From the NCBI RefSeq assembly GCF_018350175.1, contig NC_058373.1:101124001-101188000 (forward strand): DNA of 64,000 nt, read 5' to 3'. Both the position numbers and the translations under genes were made by a program. Below, in pieces: positions 26,341 to 40,825 of the stretch (the first letter of the stretch is position 1; each line of letters starts with the position of its first letter). The stretch comes from Felis catus. Its lineage: Eukaryota. The notes under the pieces were generated by a model, which worked only from the letters and a program-made list of their open reading frames with translations, made no database searches and was not told the origin of the DNA.

Positions 26341-28104
26341 TCCATTGTTTTCAGTAGTAGAATTACAGTGTGAAATTTAAGGTTATTGGCTTTCACACTG
26401 CTTTGGCAAATATGATGCAAAACACGGAGAAATAGAAACTATTTGTCTCACAAATGTTCATAAAATCTGAAAGTACTTTAACTTTAGATATGAATACATA
26501 TTGGTCTAGTTTCTACTAGTTTTCTTTTTCTTTTCCAATCTAAGTAAGTATTTATACACACATCACACACACATATGATATTGTTACGTTATATAACAAT
26601 TGTATCCATCATTTACTATTTCAAATAAGCCTCACTGTATCCATGGAGTTTAGGAAGAAACAAGAGCTGTGGTTCCTATTTTGGGATCAGGGAAACTGAT
26701 GCACAGAAGGGTTAAATGCCTTCCTTCCCACAAGGTCACAGAGAGAATCTACACCAGGAGAGAGAGAAGGGGTCTTTCCTTCACTGCGTACAGTTTTATA
26801 TGTTAACCATCATGCACATGCTAAGTCAATGGATGCTGGCACTTTACATAAATATATGATGATGCAGTGCTATATGTAATAAAAATCTGAAGCATGAAAT
26901 GTGGAAGCAATTCAAGAAAACAGATCTCACATTTTTGCCTTTGTCAGAGTCAGAATCTGACATGCTCTGATTAAAATTCAACATCTGCAGGCATTTAAAA
27001 TTAAAATATACAGGTATTCGTGTTTTCCTCCTTCCACAATGTTTTATTGCTGCTTTTTTCATCTTAAATATTAAAAACATTACATTATTTTATTTCAAAT
27101 GTCGAACTTCATGTCTCAGTATATTACGCATTGCCCTTTCACCTCTGAGCTCTGGTTCAAATCCAGCTCTTAGCCGAGGAAATAAAAAACATCTGAAAAT
27201 ATTTAGTAGACTCATCTCAAGGCCTAATGGACTACAGTTTACATTACCTTGACAAACACAACAAACAAGCAGATTGGGCACAAATTACAATGTTTAGGTG
27301 AAAACATTCAGGAAGGAACAGTATAGAGAGGTGTCTCAGGCAGACCTGAAACCTGTGTCTTTATTCCACAGAGAATGTGAAACAAAGATGGAGAAAAATC
27401 TGGGCTGCACCTGTCCCACCAAAAACAGGTGAATGAAGGATCCAGGTCGTAGAAATCTACCTCCACCATTTTGTGGTGGGGAAAACTGCCATTTGGAAGG
27501 AGACAGGGGACAGGAGGAATAAGAGAAAGCATTCCCCGAATAAACCGTCAGCCGCATCACATTACTCTTCTGTTCATGCAAACATTATTTTTCCAGGCAT
27601 GCACTGAAACCCAAACACTTTGCTAGGTACTTTTTCACAGGTATTTCCAGCAAGTCAGGAAAATAATAAAGGTAACCCTGGCCTAGAGACAAATCAAAGA
27701 AAAATGCCTATTTATTCTCTTAAGGACCAACTTTGATGAACAAGTTCATATTTCATGATTTAAAAACAAGGAAGCAATAAGCCGCTTCATGTGAAATCTG
27801 CTACCCTCTCCGGCAGTGGGCGACCAAGTGCCTTCAGGTGCAAGGGATCCCGAGGACGGGCCTCATATAGAAACATCCTGATTTTTTTAGTGTTCAATGC
27901 CATGTAGTTCAAGAACTACGTATGTGCGGGCCACCAGTGTCTCTGCTGCACAGCCCTTCTCCAGGCCCCACATTTCCTGACCGACGGGTCTGTGCCCCCT
28001 CCTCCAGCCCTACCTCCTCCCTCCCCCACCATCTCATCTTCTAGGAGGCACTAGACAGCGACAACTACAAGGGGAGCGAGCAAATCCAACCCCTAAGTCA
28101 GAAG

Positions 28105-28270
28105 TTCAGCATATAAAACTATCTTGGGAAATCTATTAAAATGCATATCCCCAGGCCCAATATCAGAGATTCCGACTCTGAAGGTTTGACATAGGACCTG
28201 GAAGTGTGCATTTTAAAGGCTGTGAGTTGATGCTGACGCAGGTGGTCCGGGGTTCACACTTTGGGGAAAA
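28105..28270. mobile_element. MER5-family hAT-Charlie MITE
   Basis: tattaaaatgcatatccccaggccc...gagattccgactc...tgcattttaa...gatgctgacgcaggtggtccggggttcacactttgg. Confidence 0.7.
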
Positions 28271-29374
28271 TTCCCTGGGCCCCAGCGCGGACCTGACTCC
28301 TGTTCTCAGTGGCTTCATTCAGGTGAGGGCAAAAAAGACCAACAGAGTGGAAACATCCACACCCATCCTTGCTTCCTTTCCTCTGCCTTTAGGGCTGGCC
28401 GTCTAGAAAGGTTTCACTGAGGACAGAGGCTCTGATAGGGCCGAGGAGCAGCAAACCAGGCATTTCAGGTGACAGGGACAAGTAACTAGGTATATCCCAC
28501 CCCGAGTCTCCCTGAGCCGGCAGTGCACACGCTCCCTGACTCCATTCTTAGCAGCACATTCCACCGTTTAATGCCCTCCGCTGGCAGAAAGCTCTTTCTC
28601 CCAGCTCACCTGCATTCTTGAGATTTGGAGCCATTTTTGCTTTTAATTCTCCACTCAACAGCAACAGACAACATCAGGCGCCAGCCTGGGATAGTACAGA
28701 ACCATTTATACGGTGTTAAGTGACACACTAAGAAAGGCCATGGTCAGGGAAATACTGAATTCGAGGGTGCTCTGAATCTAGCTTCTGTAGTAATTCTTCG
28801 GTGGTTTGAATTCTGATTTATGATAACAGTTTGAAAGGTCTTCCGTAGATTCTTTCAGCTTCTCAGTGGTGCAACTTGGAAATAGTTTATTCTCTCATAC
28901 TTTGTATGTGAAGTTTCTGCCAAACCTCAAATGGCCTTTCTCTTTTCTTTCTTCCCCTCTGACAAATACCTAAAGACAGAGCTGCACTCAAACATTCAAA
29001 TTTGGTAGCATTAACTCCAGTTACATAACAGACATCCCACTTAAAGAAGGAGACAAAAATCATAAAAACCTTCTGTTTCACTTAATTTAATATCTGACGA
29101 ATCCCTCAAAGAACAACCAGGATATTCTCACCAAGTATTTTCAGTCGTGTCTTTACCCCATCTGTGCCTGGAGTTTGTACGAGAACATCTCAAGAGGTTA
29201 ATAAATCCTCCTTTCCTGACACCCAGCTCCCAACAGGGACTGTGTTGGACCCTGGGTGCTGATCTGATTCCAAGGCAGGTATCTCAGTGATGGGAGATGG
29301 TAGGGTTCATTTTGAATTGCCTTTTGCACTGTCTTCACCGTAAGATGCCTTTCAGTCAAGGCTGGTCAGATGAA

Positions 29375-29560
29375 AAAACAAATTGAGAGTTGCTGGAGGG
29401 GAGGTGGGTGGAGGGATGGACTAAACGGGTGATGGGCATTAAGGACAGCACTTGTTGAGATGAGCACTGGTGTCGTCTGTAAGAGATGAGTCACTGGCTT
29501 CTACTCCTGAAGCCGAGACTACACTGTATGTTAACTCGCTTGAATTTAAATTTTAAAAAA
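29375..29560 (+). mobile_element. Carnivore L1 3'-UTR terminal fragment
   Basis: gagagttgctggagggg...gggtgatgggcattaagga...gatgagcactgg...ctactcctgaagcc...acactgtatgttaact, then an A-rich end. Confidence 0.88.
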
Positions 29561-30051
29561 TGGGGAAAAAGTGAAGAAAAACCATACTCTCTCCATTTAG
29601 GAATTTAATGAGATCAACTCAGGTGATGAACTCACTTCCAGCACATGTGATTGTGACTAGACGATCAAGTGACAGAGGACAAATTTCCATAGTGGGGACT
29701 GAAGTGGACAATGATGGTGGTGTTCTCCCCTGTTGTCTTTTTTTTGCCCCCCGCGAGGCACTTCAATACCAGAAAATTGGTATTTTTCTTATGTTGGACA
29801 TTGCTCTTTAGGCCCGTCATAACATACAGATGCATTTCACACTTCCTGTGAAGTGTTTTGTTATTAGAAATACCACAAAGTGGGGTCAAGAGTATGCTCT
29901 CTCAAAGAGTATTTTTCGAGAATAAGATAAAGCAATTTTCGTTGGTAAAAGTTAACTCACGTTTGCTTGCTTAACCAACCAGCAATCATTTGTCAAGTCT
30001 CCATTATTTCCACACTACTGTACCCTATATTGATACAAGTATAACACTATA

Positions 30052-30176
30052 GGGGCACCTGGGTGGCTCAGTCAGTTAAGCGTCCGACTCTTGATTTTGG
30101 CTCAGGTCATGGTCTCAAGGTCCGTGGGATCCAGCTCCGCATTGTCAGTGTGGTGCCTGCCTGGGATTCTCTCTCT

Positions 30177-30209
<33 letters not shown>

Positions 30210-30265
30210 CCCCCCCTCTCTGCCCCTCCCTCCCCCTCAAAATAAATAAATACACTTAAAAAAAT
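30052..30265 (+). mobile_element. CAN-SINE (internal deletion)
   Basis: ggggcacctgggtggctcagtcagttaagcgtccgac head, CT tract, A-tail. Confidence 0.95.
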
Positions 30266-31644
30266 CTAGGTAAACACTCAAAACTTACTTCTGATGAAGA
30301 ACAATCATAACTCCAACTTCCAACACTGTGTATGACTGGTCCATGACAGTCATTTCTTACACAATAAATGAAACTTAAATATGGAGATACAGATTGAAAA
30401 TTCTATAGATCTGATAATAGATAATGTGTGGCATTTCTCAACCTCATTCAACCATGGAACCCCACTCTCAGGAAGTTCCTCGAGGAATCATGTTCCACAG
30501 AGCGCCATAGAACTCACTTTGGGAATTCTAACTCCAATACAGTTCAGTGGGAGAGGAGGAAATCCTACTGGGTATTATAAGAAGCAAAGAATTAAACGGA
30601 TGGAAATGAGGGAAGAAACTCCAGAAGAACAGAAGAATAGGGTAGAGAAAAGAACAAAAGAATAAGGTAGAGGTCAAAATTAACCTAGAACATGGGAAAT
30701 CAAGGAAATTTACCTAAAACTGGTTATAACTGAAATCACTAGAGAGTTACCTGGTTTTGTAATATTCTGCCTGGCCAAATAACACCTGTTGCCACCAAAA
30801 TAGACAATGAAATCCGAGGTAAACTTGCGGCAGTACAATAAGCACATGGATTTGTATTCTCCTGGAAAACTAACAATCAGTTAAACCGTATGTGGGGGCC
30901 ACAGCACAGACCGCCAAGCCTAATGGTTTCATATTAGAAGCTTCTGTAGAAGTTTAGGGGGACAGCGGTAAAGAAATAGAGGGAAAGATCAGGGAAAGTC
31001 TTATGTTTATCCTTTTTATTTTTTTCTCCAAAGTAAGAGATACCAACCATTACAACAATTGAGGTTCTAGATGTTTTTGTTTCTTCACTGATTTTTCTAC
31101 ATCTCAAAATAGTCTTTTAAGGGCACAATCCTTCCTTACATCTCTTTTACTTCCATTTTCTCCCCCCAGCTGCTTTTACTTCCAAAAGAACCTTCAGAAA
31201 AAATTTTGGTTTGCGACAGGATCTTGATAGCTTTTTTTGTTTAGTGCTGAATCGGCAGTCAATGAGTTGTGCACCCTGAGCGAATCACCTACGTTCTTTA
31301 CTTCAGTTTCCTCTTTTGCATTAAAGGGAGTGAACTAAAAGACAGTCTTTAAAAATCGACATACCCTGCCTTCTAAGAGAGCTATTTTTGATATCAAGAC
31401 AAGTCCCATCAAGTGAAGGAATTCCATATCCAGCGGAAGCCCTCTCCCACGGGTGACCATACCTGGGGGCGCTTCTGTGTTTATGCCCTCTCCACAAGGC
31501 ACCATCAGCGTACTCAGCCACTCCATATACTTATGATGTTTTCACAGGTCTGCCTCTTCTACCAGAATGTGAAATGCTTGATTTAAGGGGCCGGATGTTT
31601 CTCATGTTTGCTTACCTGATCTTATATCAGGAGACAACACCCCG

Positions 31645-31850
31645 AGGCAGGACTGTCTAATGGTTAAGAACATGGGTTCTGGCCCTGAGTGGGTTGGAAT
31701 CTTGGTGCAGCCACCTCACAGGTTGTATGACCTTTGGAAAATTGCTTATGCTCTCTATGCCTCTGTATCTTCACCTATTAAAAAGAGGCGAAAAGCAATG
31801 GCTTTGACTTCATGGTGGGATTAAATAAGCATAGAGTACTTAGAGCAATG
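31645..31850 (+). mobile_element. MIR relic
   Basis: aatggttaagaacatgggttctgg...tgtatgacctttggaaaattgctt...ctctctatgcctctg. Confidence 0.7.
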
Positions 31851-34566
31851 ATTAAAAATATGAGCTAATTTTCGGGACCCAGCATAATAAATGTTCAGTC
31901 AATGTTTCAGTGAAAGAGTAAGTCTACCAACCTAGGAGGTTACCTGGGAATAGATTGATTATAAAAATATACACATAGAATTTGTGAGAAAGACAAAGTC
32001 GAATAGGATACAGTCCATGCCAGTTAGAAAATTACAGTCTAGAAGGGAAAGTAAGACATGCACGTGGATCATTACAATACTAGATAGAATCTGGTAAATA
32101 CGCTGTAACAAGAAACAAAGTGTAGCAGGAGTTCGGAGAAGAGAGATGATTTCCAACAGAGCGGATCAGTAACTGCTGCGTGGGTTGATACATCTTTCAA
32201 CAGAAGAGAACTGTGTTTACACAGCATCTGTTGCATCATCTCCCCCAGGCTTCTTCCCCCTGGAGATTAGTAGATTAAAAAAAAAATCCTTCTTTACAAC
32301 ACATAGAAATTGAGACTTAGACAGTCAAATTTGCATCTTGTCTGGGGCCAATAACTTAAATTCCAAGTTATGTTTTTGAACAACAAGGACGGGGGATGGG
32401 TATCCCCAAGGGGTTGTCTGCTGTTTTGTGCAACCAGAAAACTTTTGCTGCCAAGCACCAGAGGCATATGCATGAGCGTAACACCAGGAGAGCAGCCAAG
32501 GCCCCACTCGGGATGCTTTTATTGTTTGTCTAAAGTGGATGTTTTTCCAAGCAAACTGCATTGTGTTCCAAAAGGAGATCCATCATACTTGTCTTTGTGG
32601 TTACAGAGCAAGGAATCAAAATGATGGGGTGATGGGTGCCTGGGCCAAAGGAAAAGATACTGCAGATCGGAGGCCCCTCCCTTTGCCTGGTCATTTTCAA
32701 GAACAAGAAAATCTTTGGAATGAACATGTAGTGAATGACCTTGAAGGAACCTATCCCCACCGTTTGATTCTTAGGGAGTTTGAGACACTTGGGAAATCCA
32801 GTGAAGCCACTAGGAACTTTCACCTAGACTACAAAGAGTAGAGAACCAGTTTACATTTGTCCAATGATGTAAAGTTTTCTCAAATTCTGGAGAGTTAAGT
32901 CACAGTTTGTGAGTTTGGGAGATTCTAGGCTACATAGTGCAGATTTCCAACCTCACCAAATATATGCACTCTTAAATGCATCAAGGTTATTATGTATTTT
33001 CTAAAAGTTAAAACCATAAATTCCATGAGATTTGAGCCAAAATACATACCTATTCTTAAAATCTCATGGGTTTTGTGCGTGGGTGTGTGTGTGTGTGTGA
33101 CTTTTCAAATAGCCCTACATTTAAAATCATGGTCCTGTGTTTCAATGTCTTAACACACTAGACGGTTTCAAATGATCACATCTGAATCAGGTGTGGAATT
33201 TCAAGACGCTAGCTTAGCTCCACTCCCTGAAGAACATATCTAGGGTCTTTGGTGCACACAAGCACCATTCCTTCTTCACTGAATCCTCATCCTATCCCAC
33301 CCCAAGCTCGATCAGATTTATCTCAGGCATTGTCTCCCCAAGCTTCTCTTACTACCATTTCAACAGATTCCTTGTCCCACCTCTTTCCTCATCTTCCATG
33401 CAGTTCTAGAAAGGATGATGCTTCTATCTCCAGAAATACTGACCTCTATGAATACTGTAGTTGTGAATCTCCTCCCTTCTCCCTCCTCCCTTCTGCCTCA
33501 TAGTCCTCTATCCTTTCCCTTGTAGCAACTTTCCAGCTCCTTTTCCTTGGCTCTTGAACGTGTACTCGTGTCTATTTCTTAAAAGCAACTGTAACTTTAT
33601 CACCATCTGTATCCTCATTTTCCTCATCTACCATTTATTGATGACCATGTGCCAAGCACTGTGCTAAGAACCTTAGGTCTTATTTTGGTTAATCCTCACA
33701 ATAATACTTTCAGTTCAGTATTTCTGTGTCTGCAAACTAACCTTCAAAACTCAACTCCTGGGATGGGCAAGTCTAATTCTACCATTTGTTTACTTTGTCC
33801 CATGCTTTTTGATTACCACAATCTGGTTTCTGTTTTCATATCACCCTTCTAAAACCATTCCCAAAGATCAAATTGACCCCCTCCCCCAACACACCCTCTT
33901 ATGCCTGCAGATCCTTGGACTTCACATTCTGATAACCTATTTCTTTCTGATCACTGATTTAGGAATCCATGCAAGGTTTATTTATAGACTCCTTCCTCCT
34001 ATACGGACTCCATTGGGTTGTTTATATGCTCCATACAGTTCTTACCAAAGATGTTTGAACTGTCACTCAGGTCTAAAGCACCATCTCAAAATTCTCTCCA
34101 ATGTGGTAAGACACAATTTTCCAAAGGTTATACACAAACATCTTTAAAGTTCCCATGTTGATATCCATGAATTTTAGGAAACCATGTAAGTTGTCCATCA
34201 AATTCAAAATTCCATGGATATTGCAGCTTAGGAAATATTTAGGAGTAGACAATGATTGATTAAAAAAATATTAAGCATGTAAGAGTACAGATGGTACATA
34301 GATATGGAACAAATTGTGAAAGTAATGTTCAAATTATGAAAATGTTATAGAACACCTTATTCTGTTGTCAAAAAGGAAATGGCCCCCCAAATTCCTAATT
34401 ACCTTCCCCTCTTTCTCTGTCTCTACATTCTTTTACCTTACCTGTTACATTCAGTGACATCGTCTAACTGCTCAGTCCTTGAAATAACCATACACCCCCC
34501 TATTTTCTTCATTCTTTCTATCCAGTCTATCTCCAAGGTTGCCAGATCTTCTGCAATTGTATTTTC

Positions 34567-34788
34567 TTTTTTTTAATTTTTTTTTCAACATTTTTTTATT
34601 TTTGGGACAGAGAGAGACAGAGCATGAACGGGGGAGGGGCAGAGAGAGAGGGAGACACAGAATCGGAAACAGGCTCCAGGCTCTGAGCCATCAGCCCAGA
34701 GCCCGATGCGGGGCTCGAACTCACGGACCGCGAGATCGTGACCTGGCTGAAGTCGGACGCTTAACCAACTGCGCCACCCAGGCGCCCC
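34567..34788 (-). mobile_element. Young feline CAN-SINE
   Basis: CpG-intact body ending ctgcgccacccaggcgcccc; TSD aat(t)gtattttc. Confidence 0.97.
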
Positions 34789-35299
34789 AATGTATTTTCA
34801 ATCCCATAGCTAAGACCCCAGGAAATAAATGATTCAAACAACTCCCTCACCTGTCGTCTAGCAAAAATTCTTCAAGAGCCATTTTAAATCAAATGCTTAG
34901 TAAAAGCAAAAATTTCTAACAGCATAGACAACTATTGTTCCATCCCCCATTTCCCGCACCATGGAAATTGGGAGAAGGCCATTTACAGAAAGGCTTAGAA
35001 GCTAGAAAGGTAAGTTTGCAGAATAAGGCTGTCTCAAACTTCTGACTAACATCAGAACAAGTCACCCTTTTCCCCAAACGCATGCCCTCGGCTAGTTTGC
35101 CAGTACCTTCCTCTATCACACCTGATTCATACCTGTCTCCTGGGTGACCTTTCACTGCCACCTGCTCTTCCACCACCAGTTCTCTGAAGCTTAGCTTGGT
35201 ACTTCCCCTTGCCGGTTCTTCAGTATCCAACCCTCTACCAAACTCGGTCATTGCATCCTGCGGAGCTCCTCTTCCACTGGCTGTCCACTCTTCTAAAGT

Positions 35300-36200
35300 T
35301 GTTTCCACTCTCTCAGGCTGATTTGTTCAGCAGAATCATTTCTCCCACGGTTTCCAGATGAAGCTGCTTCTACCTGAAGTCTGTTCTAGCTTTCTCCACC
35401 TCCCTCTATAGAGCCTCAGATCTGGCTTCGCCATCACTCGGCAAACCCTACTGAAGTATAGCCACTTATATAACATCTTCTCCACAAATTTCAGATTTCT
35501 ACCAATGTCCCAATACGATCTCATCCTCCAAAGTGCTGCTGGCACCTGGATGTGTTTTCCTTTTCATCTTACTCAAGGCCACTGCCCTCAATGACTTTAA
35601 CATCCAGCACCCTGGACCTTTCCCGTTCTCCTCAACCCTTCTGCCACAAGACATTGCTGACTCAAATCTCCTTAAATCTAAGTCTTCCTTTGTTTTCATG
35701 GCACTCATTATCCTGATTCTTCCTTTTTCACTCTGACTACTTCTTCTCTCTTTCTCTAGCTCCCCTTTTTCTCCATTCCCTAATGTGTTCTGCAAGATTC
35801 TGTTCTTGTTTCCTTTTTTTTTTTTTTAATCTTCATGCTAGAGAGATCTCTTCTACTCCAGTAAATCTAACCCTTAACTCTACGCTGATAAATCAGTAAT
35901 TCTGACACTTTTACAAAGCTTATTGGTCATTTTCATCTGCTTGGTGAGCAGTTCCATCTATATTTTTGGTATCTCAGTGTGTCAATTTCTCCTTCCTGTC
36001 CTGACTTCTCTATATTTCTGTTAGTGGTACATTTTCCCAATCATATGCATTCAAATCCTAAGAATCATTACTGCATGCTGCTTTTCCCTCCCTGGCCAAA
36101 TCTATCAATTCCTGTCAACTGTTTTCTTATTTTACCTTTGATCTGGTCTCTTCTCTTTTATTGTAAGGTGAATATCATTATTGCTAAGGTTTGAAACTCA
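35300..36200 (+). mobile_element. L2 relic (RT region to 3' part), degraded
   Basis: Pyrimidine-rich sequence with an L2 RT-like remnant (gagagatctcttctactcc...ctctacgctgata); boundaries approximate. Confidence 0.55.
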
Positions 36201-36340
36201 AGTCAGTCTTCAGCCAGAATCTAAGCTCTTCCTCTCATCAAATGGATTGCCTGAAAATAGACAACATTGTTACGTAAAATAAGGACAATGTAAAATAATT
36301 AAAGATAAATGTACTTTTATAATTCTTTCCTCTTCTGTAT

Positions 36341-36563
36341 GGGGCACCTGAGTAGCTCAGTCGGTTAAGCACCCGACTTCAGCTCAGGTCATGATCTCAC
36401 AGTTCATGGGTTCAAGCCCCGCATCAGGCTCTGTGCTGATAGCTCAGAGCCTCAAGCCTGCTTCGGATTCTGTGTCTCCATCTCTCTCTGCCCCTCCCTT
36501 GCTTATACTCTGTCTCGCTCTGTCTCAAAACATAGGTAAAAACATTAAAATTTTTTTAAAAAA
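36341..36563 (+). mobile_element. CAN-SINE (SINEC_Fc type)
   Basis: Full head and tail; TSD ttctttcctcttct(g/a)ta. Confidence 0.95.
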
Positions 36564-39500
36564 TATTTCTTTCCTCTTCTATAAAAGCTCGTTTTACTTA
36601 ACTGAGTTCTTATTCTAAAAAGTCACCCTCTCTATATGAGTTATAATATATCTTTATAATATAAATTATAGAAGCAACTCAGAATGAGCTTGGAGAACAT
36701 CAACTTTGGAATAAATTGGGTTGCACCTCCCAGTTTCACACACCAGGGGTTAAAGTTTGGCAAGTTGTCCAACTTCTCTGCACCCTGCTCTCCTTATCTG
36801 TAATAGGTATGGTTACAGATGAGGAAAATCCAAATGCAGGGAACAGGAAGTTACTCCAACACACTAATAAGCAATATCAATGTACCTGTAGATGATATTT
36901 GGGGCTGTTTATTCATTGTGTAGAGCCAGGCATACATTTAAAATTTAGCAAACATTTATTGAGTGTATCCTAAGTGCCTGATGACTAATAAAATGATTAA
37001 TAAATGTCTGACAACATTCTATGACTTGAACATCTAATCTCCAAAGTACTTACAAAGAAATGGATCTAATTCAAATTAACCTAGTCTTACAAGTATGTGA
37101 AAGTACAATCTAATGTCATAACATAAATATCACTCATAGCCTTGCCTCCTACCCCTTTCCTCAGGTAAAAATCTTGGGGGATAATCTTAGCCTGAATCTT
37201 TGACATCCTATCTCATCATCTCTTTCTGAGTTGGTTGGCTATTCTGTACTCTCTAGTGGCCTTCTGGACTCCCTAAGCACTCAGCTTCAGGCGACATCAC
37301 ATTCTGGTACAGTAGCCATCCTTCTTCTTACTCATCATTATAAATTAATTTTCCCTGCTTTTCTGAGCTAATAACTTTTCCACTTCCTTCTCTGTTAGTT
37401 CAATGTGCCTACCAATTACCAGTTCCAACTTATCAGTTTGCTTTCTTCTCTCCACAGCCTCTGCTTTATTTAACCGACTCCTTTATTTGTTCATTTGAAC
37501 TTTCCCCTATCCATTCACAAATACCACCTCCTACATGATCTACTCTACAGTAAGTTACCCAATCTGACTTCTCAAATCAAAGACCTAAAATTCCTTTTCT
37601 TTCACAATCCAGGGCTAAACCAAAAAGAAGATACTGCTTTCCCCCCACTCCAATAACCTCCTCAGACATTTTTCCATCGGAAACCAGAAACACTTCACTC
37701 AGAAATTCATCTAAATATTGAATTTTGAGATTAGGAGTCTTAGCGCTTTATGCTCACACCATTCCTTATTTCCTGCACTGTCCATCTGTCTGTTATGGAG
37801 TTGTCTGCGGAGACTATAATCTATCTTAGGTTGTGAACATCGATAGCATTGCTTCTTCATGACTGCCTCCTAGCTCTGTGAGGCATGAAATCATCCTCAG
37901 GGCGTAACATTTCCTTCTGCCAATTTCTGAGTAGGGATTTGGGTGTGGACATGGCAGGAAGAAGAGGGAAGAGATGGTACAAGGTAAGGCAATATCTGAA
38001 TATACCTGAATAGGTCTCATTATTAGGCAGCTTCTCCCCAAATATCATCTCTGAAAAAAATGAGTCACTTCACATGGAGTACTTGCCAAATATCTTATAT
38101 CACGGAAATACTTTCTCAATTACTTTATGCTGAGCAGCAAATAACACCGGATGGAGATTTATGAGGCTGAAACAGCCTCAATCGGTACTAGTTTGGGAAG
38201 CTTGTAGATGTTATCTGATATGAGCAGCTTTTTAAAAAGAAAAAAAACCCCACAGATTTAGTCACTAGTCCTGGATACTTGACAATTTCACACGTTGGAT
38301 ACCATGTTAAAGAAACTTTGGTTTTCAAAAAATCCTAATACCAGGCAAATGGCTGGGATAAAATTTGCAGCACAGTATTACGCACTCAGATTCAAAAAAT
38401 GAAATAGAAATGATGGCAACAGGGTCCAGAAAACTGTATTGGGCTATTCAAAAAAGAGCTCTAGTGATGATGAAAGACCTGCTGCATTTCAGCTGTCTCC
38501 AAGATGCATGTGAAGAATCCAAATAAATATTATTATGTCAGATGTGCACTCAGAAAATGGGTTCTGAAAGAATATATCATTATACATAAGATGTGATTGT
38601 AAGTAAATATGTGAGATTAAATGAATGAACCAAATACTGTAAGTAAACATTTAACTCATCAATATCCATTACACTTGCCATAATTAAGCTAGACAAAAAA
38701 GCTTTTGGGGGGGGATTATATAACAAGGGAACTGGTGTCTCACCAAATATTGAGGTTGGCCTTACATTTGGGTGTTCATGGGGTGCATGAGTGCCTATGT
38801 TGTGAGTGGAGCTAGGTTTGGATGGACAGACAGCTGGTCAAGCAACTGGCTCAAGAATAAAAGAACAGTGATATATTTTCTCATTGTTTCATAGCAGGGT
38901 CACAAGTCTGTCCTGTGCTAAGAGAGACTGGGACAGTCTGGTCTGAAGGACAAGAACGAATTCACTTTAGCTCACTTTGTTCTATCCCCAGAACTGCGAG
39001 TGCTCACTGAATATCATCCATTGATGGTTAGGATGTGCCATGAGGTTGTTTACTGTGGCATTGACATAACACGAAGGAATGGAATCTGCAGACAAAAAAG
39101 GTGGAGAAATGTTCAGCTTAATCGAATCATGTGTGATCCATATTTAACCCTATCTGTAAGTTCCTCCAGCTATTTGTTTAAACTGACTCCTGGGCTTTTC
39201 CCTAGCTAAAAGGCCTCCTTTTGTTGAGCGATTTCAACGTATAGTCACATTTTGAACTGTTGCCAGCTAAAATTCTTGCATTAGGCTCCATGGCTGTCTG
39301 TTCCACCAAGACAAATAAGAACTGGCCCAGCCCCTCATCTGAGTGCATTGTTCATGGTGCTGAGCAGTGATTTTCCATGTCTGCCTGTCTTTGCGCTCAC
39401 CCCAGGAGGGAGGGTGAGCCTGGTTTATTGAGCTTCTCATTTCTCACAAAGCAGCAACATCTGGAGGGCTGAGCAGTTTGTTGGCAGGTCCAGCCCGAAG

Positions 39501-40644
39501 GAATTTCGGCCATGGTTCCGATTGGCTCTTATCAGTAGGTGTCACTAAAGACAGCTTCAGAGACAGAAAAATAAATAGGCCAATTAAGCAATGCCAAGAA
39601 CAGACTATTTTATAGCCATCTCTGCTCTTTTTATTGTTATTCTAACGGCAGAAGTTTCAAGATTCAAATTATCCTCTGGCTTTTTCTTCCCCCACCCCTC
39701 CTGCAAATGACCACTTTTCCATTTTCCAAGTGCCTTCCTTTAGACAGTGGGACATTTAATTAATAAATTTATTTTGTGGTGCCTCCTGATGTAGTGAAAA
39801 CAAAATGAAAACAGATGAAGGAGATTAACTCGAACACTGTATTGCAACGAAGCTACAGCTGGGTGTTCATCTGCACACAGGCTAATGAACACTTCACCAG
39901 CCCCTTTCTCTGTGCAACGTGAGACACTCAGCAAATGCAGGGAGCAAGACAACTCACCCCACCCCAGCCATGCTCACGCGTCCCCAGAAGATGCATGCAT
40001 GGAAACTCGGGTGTGAGACCACGCATTTGTGAGGCAGTCAACAGGGGAGCTCCCAGGCCTCTTCCTGGTAAGGGGCCAGACTTGTTCACGGTAGCCACCA
40101 TGCACACGGACTTCACTTTTTGGTGACTGAGGCTTTCCCACCAGCAGATATAGGCCCAGTGGGGAACTCCAAGTCCAAGCAACATCATATACATGTAGGA
40201 GAATTTACTGATATTCCTAGTTAGCAGACACCTCATATAAATCCACCTGTAGTTATCTGAGAAAACCAAGTTGGGAACAATTCAAATGGATGGATTTTGT
40301 TAGCAAAACGGGCTGTGAACAAAACCGAGGTGTGGACTCCAGCGTCAGCACAGCACATTCGGTACTCAGGCAGTGTTGGTTGAATGAATGAGGTACCTGC
40401 TCGCTCAGAGTATCAGTAACCTGTTCTGTGCAGATCATATGTATGGTCTCTGTCGTCCGCTTATGTATGCCAAATTTGCACGCATTTTGGTGGTTGCTTT
40501 CATTCTTTCTGGCTTTAGGAACCCTGCACCTACATTAGGTAAGTAGACCCTTAGGTCTGAAGATCAAACCAATGACTTTTAGTTCCAAATCTCTCACAGT
40601 TATAAATGTAAAGATAACTGATAATAATAATAATAGCAATAATA

Positions 40645-40825
40645 ATAATAGCAGCTGTCACTTATTGAGTACTTATTCTGTGCCAATGTAAGTACTATAC
40701 ATTATTTCCTATGATCCCACCAGAACCCTATGAGATAAATGTGATTATTACCCCATTTTACATAAAAGGAAACTGGGACCTAACCTCATCAAGTTATTTG
40801 CTCCAGGGGACACAGTTAGAAAATT
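40645..40825 (-). mobile_element. MIR relic
   Basis: cttattgagtacttattctgtgcca...ccctatgagataaatgtgattattaccccattttacataaaggaaactggg. Confidence 0.8.

Noticed and set aside
28887..28969. Possible terminal coding exon on the minus strand after ctctgtctttag
   Set aside because: Short pyrimidine tract, and none of the three frames gives a peptide I recognise.
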